Shown one piece after another: positions 42,229 to 56,477 of a stretch of 64,000 nucleotides of DNA. Location of the stretch: positions 78,120,001-78,184,000 of the forward strand of contig OX597826.1 in the NCBI GenBank assembly GCA_951406725.2, read 5' to 3'. The stretch is from Octopus vulgaris (taxonomy: Eukaryota). The notes beneath the pieces were generated by a model. It was not told the DNA's origin. It searched no databases and saw only the letters and a list, made by a program, of their open reading frames with translations. How positions within the stretch are numbered: the stretch's first letter is position 1; each line of letters begins with the position of its first letter. The position numbers were made by a program, and so were the translations under genes.

Positions 42229-43880
42229 GATGGAGAGAGGGGCGGGGATGGAGTGAGTGAGTGAGGAGGAGGAGGAGGAGGAGGAGGGGAGGAGGATGAA
42301 GAGGGGGAGGAGGAGGAGTTAAGTTGAAGAAAATGAGAAATAAGTTTTAAAAAAACCAGGGTCTTTTGGAAGAGTAAGAAAGAGACATGAAAGCAGAGAA
42401 GAAGATGGAGGAGGAGGAGGAGTGGAGGGAAAGCAGAGACATTAATAAGTAGTAGTAGTAGTAGTAGTAGTAGCAGCAGCAGAAGCAGCAGCAGTGGTGG
42501 TGGTGGTAGAAGAAAAAGAAGAAGAAAGTAGAAAAAGAAGAAGAAAGTAGAAGAAAGTAGAAGAAGAAGAAGAAGAAGAAGAAGAAGAAGAAGAAGAAGA
42601 AGAAGAAGAAGAAGAAGAAGAAGAAGAAGAAGAAGAAGAAGAAGGCGGCGGAAGGGGAGGAGAGGAGGAGAGAAGTAAGAGAAGAACAACGATGACGGCG
42701 GCAAGAGGAAGAGGTGGACGGAAAGAAGAGCAGAAGAGGAAGTAAACATGTGGGAGAAGGGTGGAGGAAAGATTGAGCTGAAGTGAGAGGAGAGGGAGAG
42801 ATGGGGGAAGGAGAAGGGGAGAAAGCGAAAAGGTGAAAGATGGAGCAAGGAAAGATGGAGAACGGAAAGATGTCAACAACAACGATAAAGAAAAGCCAAA
42901 GGTGTCGGAGGTCAAGTTTGTTAACCTTTGCATTTTGGTTTTACTCGGATGCCTCTTGTTGTTTTGGTTTTAGTTTGTGTTTATAAACCATAGGTGGGGA
43001 GGGCATTCCTATCACCACTTCCACTTCGTCTACCACCTCCCCCACCTCCGTTTTAGAAGTCAACTAACCACCACACACACACACACACACACACACAGAG
43101 GCGCGCGCATTCTTTCTTACCGTCTTTCACCGGCATCAGTTCCACCACCGCCGTCATCGTCACCGTCACCATCGCAAACCGGCGCCAGCGAACCACCACC
43201 ACCACCACCACCACTACCACTACCACCAACACAAGCGATGACGTCACCGCTGCTGCCGCCACCTCTCTCCAGAGTCACCAGCATCCGCCACACCACTTCC
43301 AACGTCGCTTTCATCCCTGAGCCAAGTCATCTTTCCATCCATCGTACCACCGCCACCGCCACCACCACCACTACCACCGCCACCACCACCACCACCGCTC
43401 ACCACCCGCCATTCCACCCACCCCCACTCCCCACAGCCAACTACCGCAAAGATTTTCTCCTTGATCTAGAATGTTCTCTCTTTCGGTATTCCACTTGAAC
43501 TAAAGAAAAAAGAAATCACTGAAGGCCACTTTGTTGTCAGATCACCACCACCACCACCCACACCACCACCACCACCACCACCTCCACCACCCACAACGAC
43601 AGTATCATGGGCCACACACCCTACGTCCACCCTATATCCACCTGCCTCTAGCCATCTTTTCCTAATATTTTCCGCCTCATTGACTCAATCTCAAAATCGT
43701 GTCAAATCAACCAGAACATATATGAACTTGTCTATCAATGTTACATAAAAGCTTACCCTCTTCAACATAAACACGCACACACACACAAACATACACACAC
43801 ACACACACACACACAAACACACATACACAAACACACATACACACACACGCACAAATACACACTCACACACGCATACTCAT

Positions 43881-44146
43881 ACAAACACAGTGGTACTCCT
43901 ATACACAAACACACTCACTCACATATTACATCCACACTCAAACACCCGGACATAACTTCCTACACACACACCTACGCACACACACACAAACACAAACACA
44001 CACGCACAAATACACACATGCACACACTCACATACACACACACACACACATACACATACAAACACAGTGGTACTCTTTTACACAAACACACTGACGCACA
44101 TATTACATCCACACGCAAACACACGGACATAATTTCCTACACACAC
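43881..44146. repeat. Duplicated ~90-bp unit inside (CA)n, period ~178 bp
   Basis: caaacacagtggtactc...catattacatccac...ggacataa.ttcctacac occurs twice. Confidence 0.88.
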
Positions 44147-44671
44147 ACAAACACACACACGCGCGCACACACAAACACACACACACACACACACACACAC
44201 TATCCCTCGCACGTTGTTTATGTATTTGTTTTGTGTTTTTGTTTTCCGTGTTATCGTTTGTTTGTTTCTGAGATAATGTTGATGTAACTTCCTCCTCCGT
44301 TCCTCCTCGATCTATGGCGATGTGTTGTGTCGTTAAGTATAAACAAGGAATAATGGTTTCCAGTTTCGATTTTCGCTCTTGGCTGCTCTTACCGAGATTT
44401 GCTCGCGAAATTACTTTATACACCCACCCACACACACACACGCACACATACACACGCTAATATGTATGTAGATGTATGAATATATTTGCGAAGTCACTCC
44501 ACACAGACGTCTGCACACACACTCATACACACACATACACACACACACACACATATATATGTATGTCTGTTTGTACTTATGCATATATGAATAATGTATG
44601 TATATATGTATATATATATATACATATATATGTATATATATATACATATATATGTATATATATATACATAT

Positions 44672-44722
<51 letters not shown>

Positions 44723-44776
44723 CATATATATATATACATACATATATATATACATACATATATATATATACATATA

Positions 44777-44857
<81 letters not shown>

Positions 44858-45164
44858 CGAATGCAATGCCACACTTCCCACCACCACCACCACCAACCAA
44901 ACATTTTCCTCTCTACGACATCGTCCGTTTCTTTGAGAATCTTCGAGAACGTAAAAGGTGTTGCGCGCTTAATATCGTCCAATGCATTTCCGCCATTTTG
45001 GAATGGTAAACAAACTCCACTAAATCAAATATTATTTGTTGCTAAAATCCTCATTAATTCGTGGAACATGTCTTGAATAGCTCCCTCCTCTCAATTTCTT
45101 GTTATTCTTAGCAAGAATCAATCCTATATTTTGTTTCCAAAAGTTTTTTCTAATTAGAATTAAT

Positions 45165-45455
45165 ATTTTTTTATGTGCCCTTTTCAAGCCTAGCCAGGCT
45201 CATGGGCCCGGTTTCCCGGTTTCTGTGGCATATGTGCCCCCCCCCCCAGCTGGACGAGACGCCAGTCCATCGCAGCGTTACTCAAGAAACAGGAAGAAAG
45301 TGTGAGAGAATGTTGGAGCGAAAGAGTACAACAGGGGTCGCCATCACCCCTGCTGGAGACTCGTGGAGCTTTAGGTGTTTTCACTCAATAAACACACACA
45401 ACGCCCGGTCTGGGAATCGAAACCGCGAGTCCGCTGCCCTAACCACTGGGCTATT
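45165..45455 (-). mobile_element. SINE related to family 2 with a distinct 3' tail
   Basis: gggaatcgaaacc (B-box on minus), ccagtccatcgcag core, tail cccatgagcctggctaggcttgaaaagggc on minus. Confidence 0.75.
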
Positions 45456-45754
45456 AAAGGTATTTAAAGGTAAAGTTTGAAGATCTGTCTTCTTGTTCCT
45501 TTGCACCTAACTCTCAGTACTTACATCAACCTAGAAAGAGCAACGAACCCACTCTATTATGCTCTTCCTTATTACAAAATAGTCTTACACAAATAAAAAT
45601 TGCCTTATCTTACCTTCAGCCATCAACTTCTGATTCACAGAGTTGTAGTCTGCCGTCCTGGGTCTTGGTGACACCTATCTCTCTCCGGGATCATCAAATT
45701 ACGTTCAGTAAATTGGACGGGTATTTTAAAAGTAACAATCATACATCAGCCATT

Positions 45755-45910
45755 GGTTTGGGATACCACTCATATTTAGGTTTACCCCACCAATGTTAGA
45801 TCTACCACCCAATGAGAGATGTGGTATCCAATGTTAGATATACCAATCAGTGATAGGTTCACGAATTAATATTTGATTTGCCACGCAAAGTTATCGATCA
45901 CCACCTCATC
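45755..45910. repeat. Degenerate ~19-nt minisatellite (AATGTTAGATCTACCACCC-like)
   Basis: Recurring aatgttagat/accac landmarks. Confidence 0.6.
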
Positions 45911-46507
45911 TTATATTTCCCACCTGACATTCTCTCAGCTTTACCGCTCAGTGTAACATTTATCGGCTCGTGTTAGACTCATGTATATTACCTATAGTTA
46001 GATATAAAACCAAAGGTAGGTATACAATCTATAAGTACCTAATATAACCACTGTTAATAGCGAGAGAAATAATAGTGAAATCTTAAAAACCAATAAAACG
46101 TATAGCAAATACATGGCAGACGGAAATTATTTCGAAGATAAATTTTTATGCAGAATAGCGAAAAATAACCATCTTACTTTTTTTTTTATATTTAATGTAT
46201 TTTTGTGATAAATCTTATGATGGGTCATAAAAATCTCATAATTTCAATTTTAATAATGAATGCAAATAATTGACTATTAGGTAGGAGAGAGATTTTCGAT
46301 AATAATATTAATTTCAATATTAGTTTCGTGCACGTGCTCGCTACTGTCACAAAAAAAAAAACTGTCGCTGTTATTATAGACCAATATCATCGCTTTCGTC
46401 GCAATTTCGAGTCACACATTTTACTTCTTTACTTCTTTATTTGCAATATCTTTCATAATTATATGTTCCACTACTTAAAGTAAAGATTCTGTCAGAGACA
46501 GAACAAG

Positions 46508-46997
46508 TACCGTAAATCCTCGAGTATAATCCGCATTTTCCCCCAAAATTTAAAGGTCAAAATCCCTAATGCGTACTATATACGAGGTTAAAAATGAAAA
46601 ATATTTTGTAAGCAATGTCCAAGTCTCTATTTGCTGTCCGGCAATGTTTATTCAGACGCATTTTGTGGTGTCGGGCGCAGAAATACCTTAAGCTAAGCCT
46701 GAAATCAATGAAGTCAATGAAGTAAGCAACATTTATTAAAATAAAAGTATTCAGAACACAGAATAACATGTAACAAAAACAATTTGCAAACATATTTTCA
46801 TTCCAATATAACAATTAAGAACATCACCATTATTTTATTACGCATGAGCGGAAGTGTTTCTTCGACTGGGTGCTGCTGGCTTAATTACGCACGACTCAAG
46901 TTAGAGAAGGGGTGTGTATTATACACAAGGTTTAGGTTTTTCTGAAGTACAGCCCCCTAAAAATCCCCTGCGTATTATACTCAAGGGCGGATTATAC
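46508..46997. mobile_element. Tc2/pogo-like MITE, right TIR truncated
   Basis: TA-ccgtaaatcctcgagtataatccgc left end; gcggattatac at the right; repeated tgcgta.tata subterminal motifs. Confidence 0.7.
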
Positions 46998-47059
46998 CTA
47001 GTCGGAGAGGCCAACTCTAAGCCTGGAAGCTTGCCCCGGAAGCTTTTCTTTCTTTTTCT

Positions 47060-47600
47060 CTTCTTCATAGCATCAGATGTGCGTCTCTCCACCGTATCGT
47101 TAATCTCCCTTCCACAAAGAAACTAAGAACGTGAACGGACGGTAAAGATGTGTTGCTCTTCTTCCTGTTGGTCTTCACTTGGGTTTTGAATCAGGTGTTG
47201 TCCATGGTTTAATTGACCATCGAAGATCTTACTGAGTAGAAGCAAGCTTGGCATACGCAATACATATCCGATCAATTTCATTTAGGATATGAACACTGTG
47301 GATTCAGTACCGTTAGTTTTGGCAGCAAGGAGCCATATCAGAAGCAGACGAAAATTATCCAACGGCTCCGGTGGAATTGATAAATCTGGATTTCTGCTCC
47401 TTTAAGTATCATCGTATCATGTATCCACAAATAAAAGCATGCTTAGAAAAATTTAGCTTTTACTGATATTGGAAAACAATGATTAAGAAGATTCCGTTGT
47501 CGCAAGTAGCCGACAGACTGGCTAAAAATCATACATTTAGTATATAACTTATGTAACATGGATATAGAAAGCCACATTAACAACGGTAGTCGTCTGGAAG
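47060..47600 (-). mobile_element. RTE-clade LINE RT C-terminal remnant
   Basis: KLIGYVLRMPSLLLLSKIFDGQLKPW..PK resembles RWAGHV.RM...PK.IFYGEL. Confidence 0.6.
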
Positions 47601-48150
47601 CAGCATCTCCTATTGACGTGCAGTGTTAGAAAAGACAAAAATAGACCAGCAGCAGAGGAAAAGGGTTCACATTGTGGTGATGCAAATGCTAAATACATGT
47701 GTTTGTTTGTGTGCGTATATGCATATGTGTGTGTGTGTGTGGTTATATATATATATATATATTATTGTATCCATGTTTGAATATAGAAATAAACTGGCCA
47801 AAATTATTCATTGCATGTAATAGAATTTAGAGATGAACAAGCATACACACACACACAAACACACACACACAGAATACTCTCTGTATATAGACTGATTCAA
47901 TGAAGGTGAAATCTCTCCCTAACTAAACAACCCAATATGAAGAGATGACTTCAGTATGTTTCCTCTCACACCATCTTCCTACTTTTCAGTAACACACCTC
48001 ATACAATGCAACATCACCCGCTGGCGTTCCGATGGCTTCACTTGAGTGACTGTCGAGTGGTCACTCCACTACAAACATTCGCTGCAGAGTTCCCACTCCA
48101 CCTGCATTTGTTTAGCAGTGATTTAACTACACTTAAAATATAGATGTATA

Positions 48151-48401
48151 TCTTTATATATAAAAGTGAAGTTGTGTGTCTGTCTCCTACGATTTAGATT
48201 CCTAACTACTCCCACATTTTGCGGTGATTCATATCGAACCCTTCTGGGTATTAGCGCGCGTCTACGATGAGTCTACGATTTTAAAAAAATTTACCATAAT
48301 TTTTTTCCATTTTTAATGCTATTTTTTGGCTATAACTCTCTAAAATTGCCTATATAGTTATTTCCCTTACAAACCCGAGCAACGCCGGGCGATACTGCTA
48401 G
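48151..48401 (+). mobile_element. Non-autonomous Helitron, both termini intact
   Basis: A|TC 5' end, subterminal hairpin cccgagcaacgccggg (48374-48389), CTAG|T 3' end, no TSD. Confidence 0.9.
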
Positions 48402-48752
48402 TTTGTTATAAAATATAGAAATACAATAAGAGGCTTCCAAATAGGAAAGCGTTGTGCTAGAACACAAAAAGGGATAAATTCACGAAAGGAATGAAAATTA
48501 AAAACATTTACCATCTCAGCTATATCCCAGACCGACGGTTTCTAACTATTTCCAGCAAAAAAATATTTGCTGAAGGCCAGTTTCTTCAGTGGGACAGCCT
48601 TTAGAATCTTGATGTACAGACTGCTAGATCCGCATGTAGACCTAACGGTTTGTAAATCCTAGCTTTTCAGACCACTGCGCAGACGCAGATTATACCCGGC
48701 GACAGAGAGGATGCCGGTAAAAATTTCGAACAAATTTATCAGACAATATTTA

Positions 48753-48820
48753 AACATAATAAAGTAGGGTAATAGTTAATTAGGTAATAATACTTTATTA
48801 TTACCCTACTTTATTATGTT
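48753..48820. repeat. Perfect 22-bp inverted repeat next to (TA)n
   Basis: aacataataaagtagggtaata ... tattaccctactttattatgtt. Confidence 0.92.
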
Positions 48821-48823
48821 ATA

Positions 48824-48884
<61 letters not shown>

Positions 48885-49029
48885 TTGTAGAGTGTGAGTG
48901 GGAAGCACTGTTCCTCTTCCTTTTCCTCTTTCGTTGTTTTCTCCTCCACTTCCTCCTCCTCTTATTCCTCTGACTACACTGTTACAAATGTCTTTGTAAT
49001 TAAAATATACACAATCGTACACACACACC

Positions 49030-49242
49030 TATATGGCCCAAAAGTAGCTTTACGGTTATTCAACTGTCTCTTTCGCATTCAGATATTAGCAGTTTAGATC
49101 TTAGTTATAAAAAAATATGAAACCATTATTCTATGCTAATTTAGTTAATTATAAGATAGAAATTTAAATGTAATGAAATGTTTTAAAAGAAATTTAAAGT
49201 GCCTACGAGATAACTGTAAACCTACTTTTGGGCCACCCTGTA
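49030..49242. mobile_element. Tc1/mariner-type MITE
   Basis: ggcccaaaagtag.tttac.gttat versus ataactgtaaacctacttttgggccaccctg-TA. Confidence 0.8.
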
Positions 49243-49327
49243 TATATATATATATATATATATCACGCGTCTCTCATACCCTTTCTACTTAAACTGACTA
49301 TGCATCTCACTTTTTCTCCCTGTTTCT

Positions 49328-49378
<51 letters not shown>

Positions 49379-49862
49379 GCTCTTTATTGCTCACTCGCAC
49401 AAGCGATAACCCACGCCCTCTCTCTCTCAGATAGTTTTCTACCAAAAGCCATATTTTTTTTATTGTCATTTGTGCATTTCTTTTACGAAAATTAATAATA
49501 CACAATATTTGCTTGTCCGTTTGATTTGTTCAATCGTTAATAACTGGAACATATTTCTTTTGGGTTTTTTTTTTTGCCTTAAGGCGTCCTAGAGTGTTCT
49601 TTTCTACCTTTCTGATGTTTATAGTTAACGGCACTATTCGGATGAGTGACTCCGTGTGAGTATCGAAATAATGATGACTTCGGTTAATGCGTTTGATGGT
49701 GGATATTTTCACGTCACTTTGTTTCGCTTCGTTCACTTTCATCAATGTCCTTTTACATACCGTATACACCTTAAATTCATGGTACGGCAATTGCTGTGCA
49801 GATGGACCTATTCGGTGAAAGAACGTACATCAAAGCAGTCGTCTTTCACATATATACATGCA

Positions 49863-49913
<51 letters not shown>

Positions 49914-50273
49914 GTGTGTGTGTGTTTGTGTGTGTATGCGTATTTGTGCAAGTATGTATGTATGCATGTGTGTATGATTGTATGTGCATATGTATATGCA
50001 TGAGTGTGTATGTATGTACGTATGTATGTATGCATGTAAGTATTTCGCTTTTGTATCCTAAGCAGAGCTGGAGGAGAGAGTGCATGTCACTGACGGGGCT
50101 GCGAATGACGACAAAAGAAAATTTCACAAAGACTTCATTGTTTAAATAAGCGAATAATCAATCGATTAGACATGTCTTTAAACAGTTAAGCAATTGAGTT
50201 ACAAATTTTTAAAAAAGTGAATTTTAACCTGCGCCCGTGTTTACTATTATTGGCGTAATGATCCTCCTAAGAT

Positions 50274-50395
<122 letters not shown>

Positions 50396-50528
50396 GGATA
50401 GATACACGCACACTTGCACAGAGAGCAGGAGAGAGAGAAAGAGAGAGGGTGAAGTGGATGGAAATATATACATTGATATAGACAGGCATTTAGACACCAC
50501 ATACTGACACACAGACAAACACACACAC

Positions 50529-50587
<59 letters not shown>

Positions 50588-50658
50588 TTTTTATATATAT
50601 ATGTACATATATATATATATATACAAAGTATGGGGTTTAGTTCCCATATATATATATA

Positions 50659-50716
<58 letters not shown>

Positions 50717-51194
50717 TGTATGTATATGTATACATGTATGCATTTGTATATGTATACATATGTCTTTGTGCGTCAACTTATTTTTATTCATGGATATAAA
50801 TATGTGTGCGTACCTTGTGGTGTATGTATTAGTGATGAACCAAGAATGGACCGAGAAGAAAATATAATGGAATGCAAAAAGTGGTCTGAAGCTAAGAAAG
50901 ACATTGACAGTTATAGAGTATACAAATGAAGGGGAGAGGAAGTGACAAACAGAGAGAAAGAGAGGGAGAAAGGAGAGAAAGGTGAGAAAGGAGAGAAAGG
51001 AGAGAAAGGAGAGAAAGGAGAGAGAGAGTGAGAGAGAAAAGAGGGGTAGAGATAGAAAATGAATGCCTTATAAATCGAGAATCCTAATTTCCATGCAATA
51101 TTTTAGAACCGTAGTTAGAAAAGATGCTGCTAAAACTGGAGTTAGGTTTGGATGTGATTAGCTTTTAACCTTCGATCGAACAGAAATGGCAGCG

Positions 51195-51196
<2 letters not shown>

Positions 51197-51226
<30 letters not shown>

Positions 51227-51347
51227 TGTATGTATGTATGTATGTATGTATGTATGTATGTATGTATATATATGTATGGTATGTATGTATGTATGTATGT
51301 ATGTATGTATGTATGTATGTATGTATGTATGTATGTATGTATGTATG

Positions 51348-51378
<31 letters not shown>

Positions 51379-51453
51379 GTATGTATGTATGTATATATAT
51401 AGATGGATGGTTGTATGTATGTATGTATGTATGTATGTATGTATGTATGTATG

Positions 51454-51484
<31 letters not shown>

Positions 51485-51531
51485 GTATGTATGTATGTAT
51501 ATATATAGATGGATGGTTGTATGTATGTATG

Positions 51532-51562
<31 letters not shown>

Positions 51563-51715
51563 GTAAGTATGTATGTATTTATGTATATATATAGATGGAT
51601 GGTTGTATGTATGTATGTATGTATGTAAGTATGTATGTATGTATATATATAGATGGATGGTTGTATGTATGTATGTATGTATGTATATACATATAGATGG
51701 ATTGTTGTACGTATG
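51197..51715. repeat. (TATG)n array with repeated atagatggat landmark
   Basis: Landmark recurs five times. Confidence 0.93.
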
Positions 51716-52312
51716 CATGCAATTATGTATGTACGTGTATGACTGTGTGTGTTGAAATATGTATATAGATATATATACGCAGTGACACACACATGCATAT
51801 ATATAGATATATATATACATATACATATCTACATAATATATGCATACATATATACATATACATATCTACATAATATATGCATACATATATACATCAAGCA
51901 TAGACACATGTACGCATAGATGTATACATAGCTGCAGATGTCTCTAAATGCATATACATACATACATATATACATACATACATACATGCATACATACATA
52001 CATACATACATACATACATACATACATACATACATACATACATACAAACATACATGCATACATACATACATACATACACACAACTAGATATATACTTACT
52101 AATGAGCAACTTCAGAATACACAGAGAAAGAAAACACTCCAGCCTGGCCTGGACTAAAGGAGAGAACATATACGGAAACCGCCCCAGGCAACTTACCTTA
52201 AACTAGCTATTATTTCGGTCTGCCTTTGATGCATAGATAGATAGACAGCTAGCTAGAGAGATAGATAGAGAAAGAGAGAGAGAGAGAGAGAGACAGGTAG
52301 ATATAAATATAT

Positions 52313-52374
<62 letters not shown>

Positions 52375-52468
52375 GGATAGATAGATGGATAGATAGATAG
52401 ATAGACAGACTGATAGACAGATAAAACTTATTTGGAAGATGATGCGTGGCGTTCAATCATATAATGCA

Positions 52469-52523
<55 letters not shown>

Positions 52524-52531
52524 TATATATA

Positions 52532-52583
<52 letters not shown>

Positions 52584-52597
52584 TATATATATACATA

Positions 52598-52654
<57 letters not shown>

Positions 52655-52712
52655 GTATATATATATATATGCATATATACATACGTATATGTACATACTT
52701 ACATCTATATGT

Positions 52713-52984
52713 ATATATATGCATATGTGGGCACAGGACGTCACGAATCATGTACAACAAAAAGAAGCACGAAGCGCGAATACGTGGAACATAACCTATT
52801 CTATCGAACAACGAAAGACACAAATAGAAAACAAAGTAAACGTAAAGAACGACTCTCCATCAGTAGTTGTCTGTTTTGTTTTCTATTTGTGTCTTTCTTT
52901 GTTCGAAAGAATTGTTCATGTTCCATGGTACTCACGCTTCGTACTTTTTGTTGTACACCTTTCATGACATCCTGTGCCCACATA

Positions 52985-52996
<12 letters not shown>
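52713..52996. repeat. Diverged long inverted repeat (~120-bp arms) between (TA)n arrays
   Basis: gcatatgtgggcacagga...gaaagacacaaatagaaaacaaa and its reverse complement. Confidence 0.9.
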
Positions 52997-53034
<38 letters not shown>

Positions 53035-53062
53035 CATACATATATTTATATATATATATATT

Positions 53063-53090
<28 letters not shown>

Positions 53091-53094
<4 letters not shown>

Positions 53095-53292
53095 ATATTA
53101 ATTAGAGACAAAACCACTATTTTGCAAATCAAACAAAGAAAGACTTGATCCAATACATAAAAAAATTTAATATAAATTAAATAAAATTAAATTAAATTTT
53201 ATTTAATTTATATTAAATGTTTTTATGTATTGGATTAAGTCTTTCTTTGTTTGATTTGCAAAATAGTGGTTTTGTCTCTAATCAATATTATA
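53091..53292. repeat. Near-perfect palindrome, ~98-bp arms
   Basis: attagagacaaaaccactattttgcaaatcaaac... mirrored with ~3 mismatches and a 6-nt centre. Confidence 0.95.
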
Positions 53293-53373
53293 TAATATTT
53301 TGCTATAAAATTGGATTCAATCCTAAATCTGATTTTTCCCTGTAAATTTGGATTTATTCCAACCACTAATATT

Positions 53374-53439
<66 letters not shown>

Positions 53440-53640
53440 ATATCCATATATATATATATTTACACACACACATATATATATATGTATATATATGAAAGAA
53501 GGTTTGAAAATGCAATTTTAAAAGATGTTTATTCACTTGACCGGTTTCAATTTTTAGAAAAAGATTGTCAAAGGCAACATTTAAAAGCTTTGTTGTGTTA
53601 GTTACTGGTTGTCACAAAATATTACAATACATATATACAT

Positions 53641-53762
53641 TCTTTGATAATAATAACATCTTAAAAACAGTTTACAAGGAAAAATCTTGGGAAAATATTA
53701 ATCTTTGATAATAATAAGAATATGTTAAAAACAGTTTACAGAAAAAATCTTGAGAGATTATT
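53641..53762. repeat. ~61-bp tandem duplication
   Basis: tctttgataataataa...taaaaacagtttaca..aaaaatcttg twice. Confidence 0.88.
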
Positions 53763-53910
53763 AAAATATTTATAAAAATGATTAGGATTTCTTTAGAAAT
53801 CATGTTTGTTTGGAAGTATCTATATATACACACAAAAAATTATAAGTTCAAAAATGTCATATTTTGGTAGTATATATATGCACAGAAAGAGATATATTTA
53901 GTTTACAAAG

Positions 53911-53981
53911 AATTTGGGATGAACTGCCCTGTTTCACAATTTATCGATAAAATGGTAAAACAGGTCAGTTCATCCCAAATT
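53911..53981. repeat. 71-bp imperfect palindrome
   Basis: aatttgggatgaactg...tttatcgataaa...cagttcatcccaaatt. Confidence 0.92.
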
Positions 53982-54156
53982 ATCTAAACCCTAAATAATT
54001 TCTCTCAACACATGGCTATGATGCTCCCCCATGACTTCTGCTCGTGATCAGCGATGCACATATCGTAAGCCACTAAGGGATATGTTCAACTGGTTAAGGT
54101 CAAACAACTGACAAGCAAATCTGTGGTATTTAAAACTTGAGATTACATAGAATTTA

Positions 54157-54235
<79 letters not shown>

Positions 54236-54240
54236 CATCA

Positions 54241-54326
<86 letters not shown>

Positions 54327-54520
54327 TGGTAGTGAAAAATTCAGCTTATTATGCTGGGTATTATGGAAAGTGTCAGCTGTTCACAGGTGATACTTGTTTA
54401 GGGTTCATGCGTCAAGAATCCCGCGAAGAACCCTTGCAGCTCCAAGCAATTATGATTTTGGTAGATTTTCTATCTTTACATTCTTTCCAGTCTTTTCCAG
54501 CCATCTTGGTAGTTGAATAC
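54327..54520 (-). mobile_element. R4/Dong-clade LINE 3' end within (TAA)n
   Basis: Homologous to 26340-26545 (cagcttatt.tgctgg...atggaaagtgtcagctgt); QLPRWLEK; (TTA)n on both sides. Confidence 0.85.
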
Positions 54521-54556
54521 TATTATTATTATTATAATTATTATTATTATTATTAT

Positions 54557-54661
<105 letters not shown>

Positions 54662-55014
54662 CTATCGCTGTTCTCAAAAGGGTGAGTGTTGTGGAAATTT
54701 GCAAGGCATCCTCATCAGCAACAACGTGAAGATGTAGAGAACAAATGAGACGGCAGATAATACAAAAGTAAACATTGTGAAAAATAACGACAACAACAAC
54801 AACATCATCGATGACAGCAACAACAACAACAACATCCAGAAACTACGACGTCAACATGAAGAACAACAATATGAAGCCGGAAATAACCCTGTTAGCAAGC
54901 CGTATTCAGTGCCTTAAATATGAAGACCCCGTAGTCGAGATCAGGTAATCGGACGGGTATTTCACCTTCATATATATATACATATGTACATACAACCATA
55001 CAATCATACACACA

Positions 55015-55064
<50 letters not shown>

Positions 55065-55148
55065 CACACACATTTATGTATGTACGTAGGTATGTATGTA
55101 TATGTATACATTTGCATTTTGACAATCACCTACACACACAATTACATA

Positions 55149-55200
<52 letters not shown>

Positions 55201-55515
55201 GTGTGTGTGTGTGTGTGTGTGTGTGTATACACACACATTTAACACGCATATGGGAGCACGCGTGCACACACAGATATGAAAGGGGTTTTTTTGTTATTTT
55301 TGTTACTTTTTTCTTTCTTCGTTCTAAAAGAATGACAAGAATAGAAATGCAATGCAAGAAGACGAATGCGAATACAGAAATACGCACACACACACACACA
55401 CACACATGCGAACACCTATACACACACACATATGTATATACATATATATACATACATATAGAAATATATATATATACACACACACATATATATATATATG
55501 TATATGTATGTATGT

Positions 55516-55704
<189 letters not shown>

Positions 55705-56444
55705 ATGCTCAGCGTATAAAAGAATAGCAAGAAAAATCAGTGAATGACAGAATATAATGGCGGAAGAACAATTGAAAGTTTGCATTCAGTGTCTATAATT
55801 TGGTGATTGTTCATATTTCTGAGTTGATGCTTCAAAGGTGAACATTTTCCATTGAGATATTAGGGTAAGTGGAGGAAAGGTGGTGGGGGTTTGGGGTGAC
55901 AATATGTATTTAGATGTATATATGACTGTGAATATGTGTGTGTTTGTCTTTGCGTCTCCGGATGTGTACACACAGGCTAACACACGTATACACATATATG
56001 TATGAGGTATATATATGTGTGTTTGTGCGCGTATGGAAGTGTGTGTATATGTGTGGGTATCCTGCGTTTATCTAAGGTTATGTGCGTATATGAGTGTTGA
56101 TTGATCAGGTGTTTGCATGTGTGTAAAAATAACGAATATACGATTTGGAAGTGTGTATGTTGTAGTTAAGCGATGCGTATACGCATGTATTGAACGCGTG
56201 TGTTTTGTGCATTGTGTGTAGGGATGAATGTATATGTGTATGCATCCGTTTATGTGTGCAAGAATGGGTGTAAGGGCGTGCATATGTATGTATTTATTCG
56301 GCGATATTGTGTGAGTATGTGTTATGTTTAGCGTCATTTGTATGCATAGAAATATACGCAAGTGTACAAAATTATTCGTGGCTATATATGGACTATGTCT
56401 TTGTGGCTTCTGTATTAGATATATATTTGTGCGTTCGTATAAAC

Positions 56445-56477
<33 letters not shown>

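Noticed and set aside
42977-43498. 173-aa Pro/Thr-rich ORF
   Set aside because: Built from (CCA)n and (CA)n; non-ATG start; no recognisable domain
51375-51715. CRISPR-like repeat-spacer pattern
   Set aside because: The spacers are TATG microsatellite, the context is eukaryotic, and there are no cas genes
54738-54950. Possible Asn-rich coding exon with nearby GT donors
   Set aside because: Mostly (AAC)n-derived, no convincing acceptor, no recognisable protein
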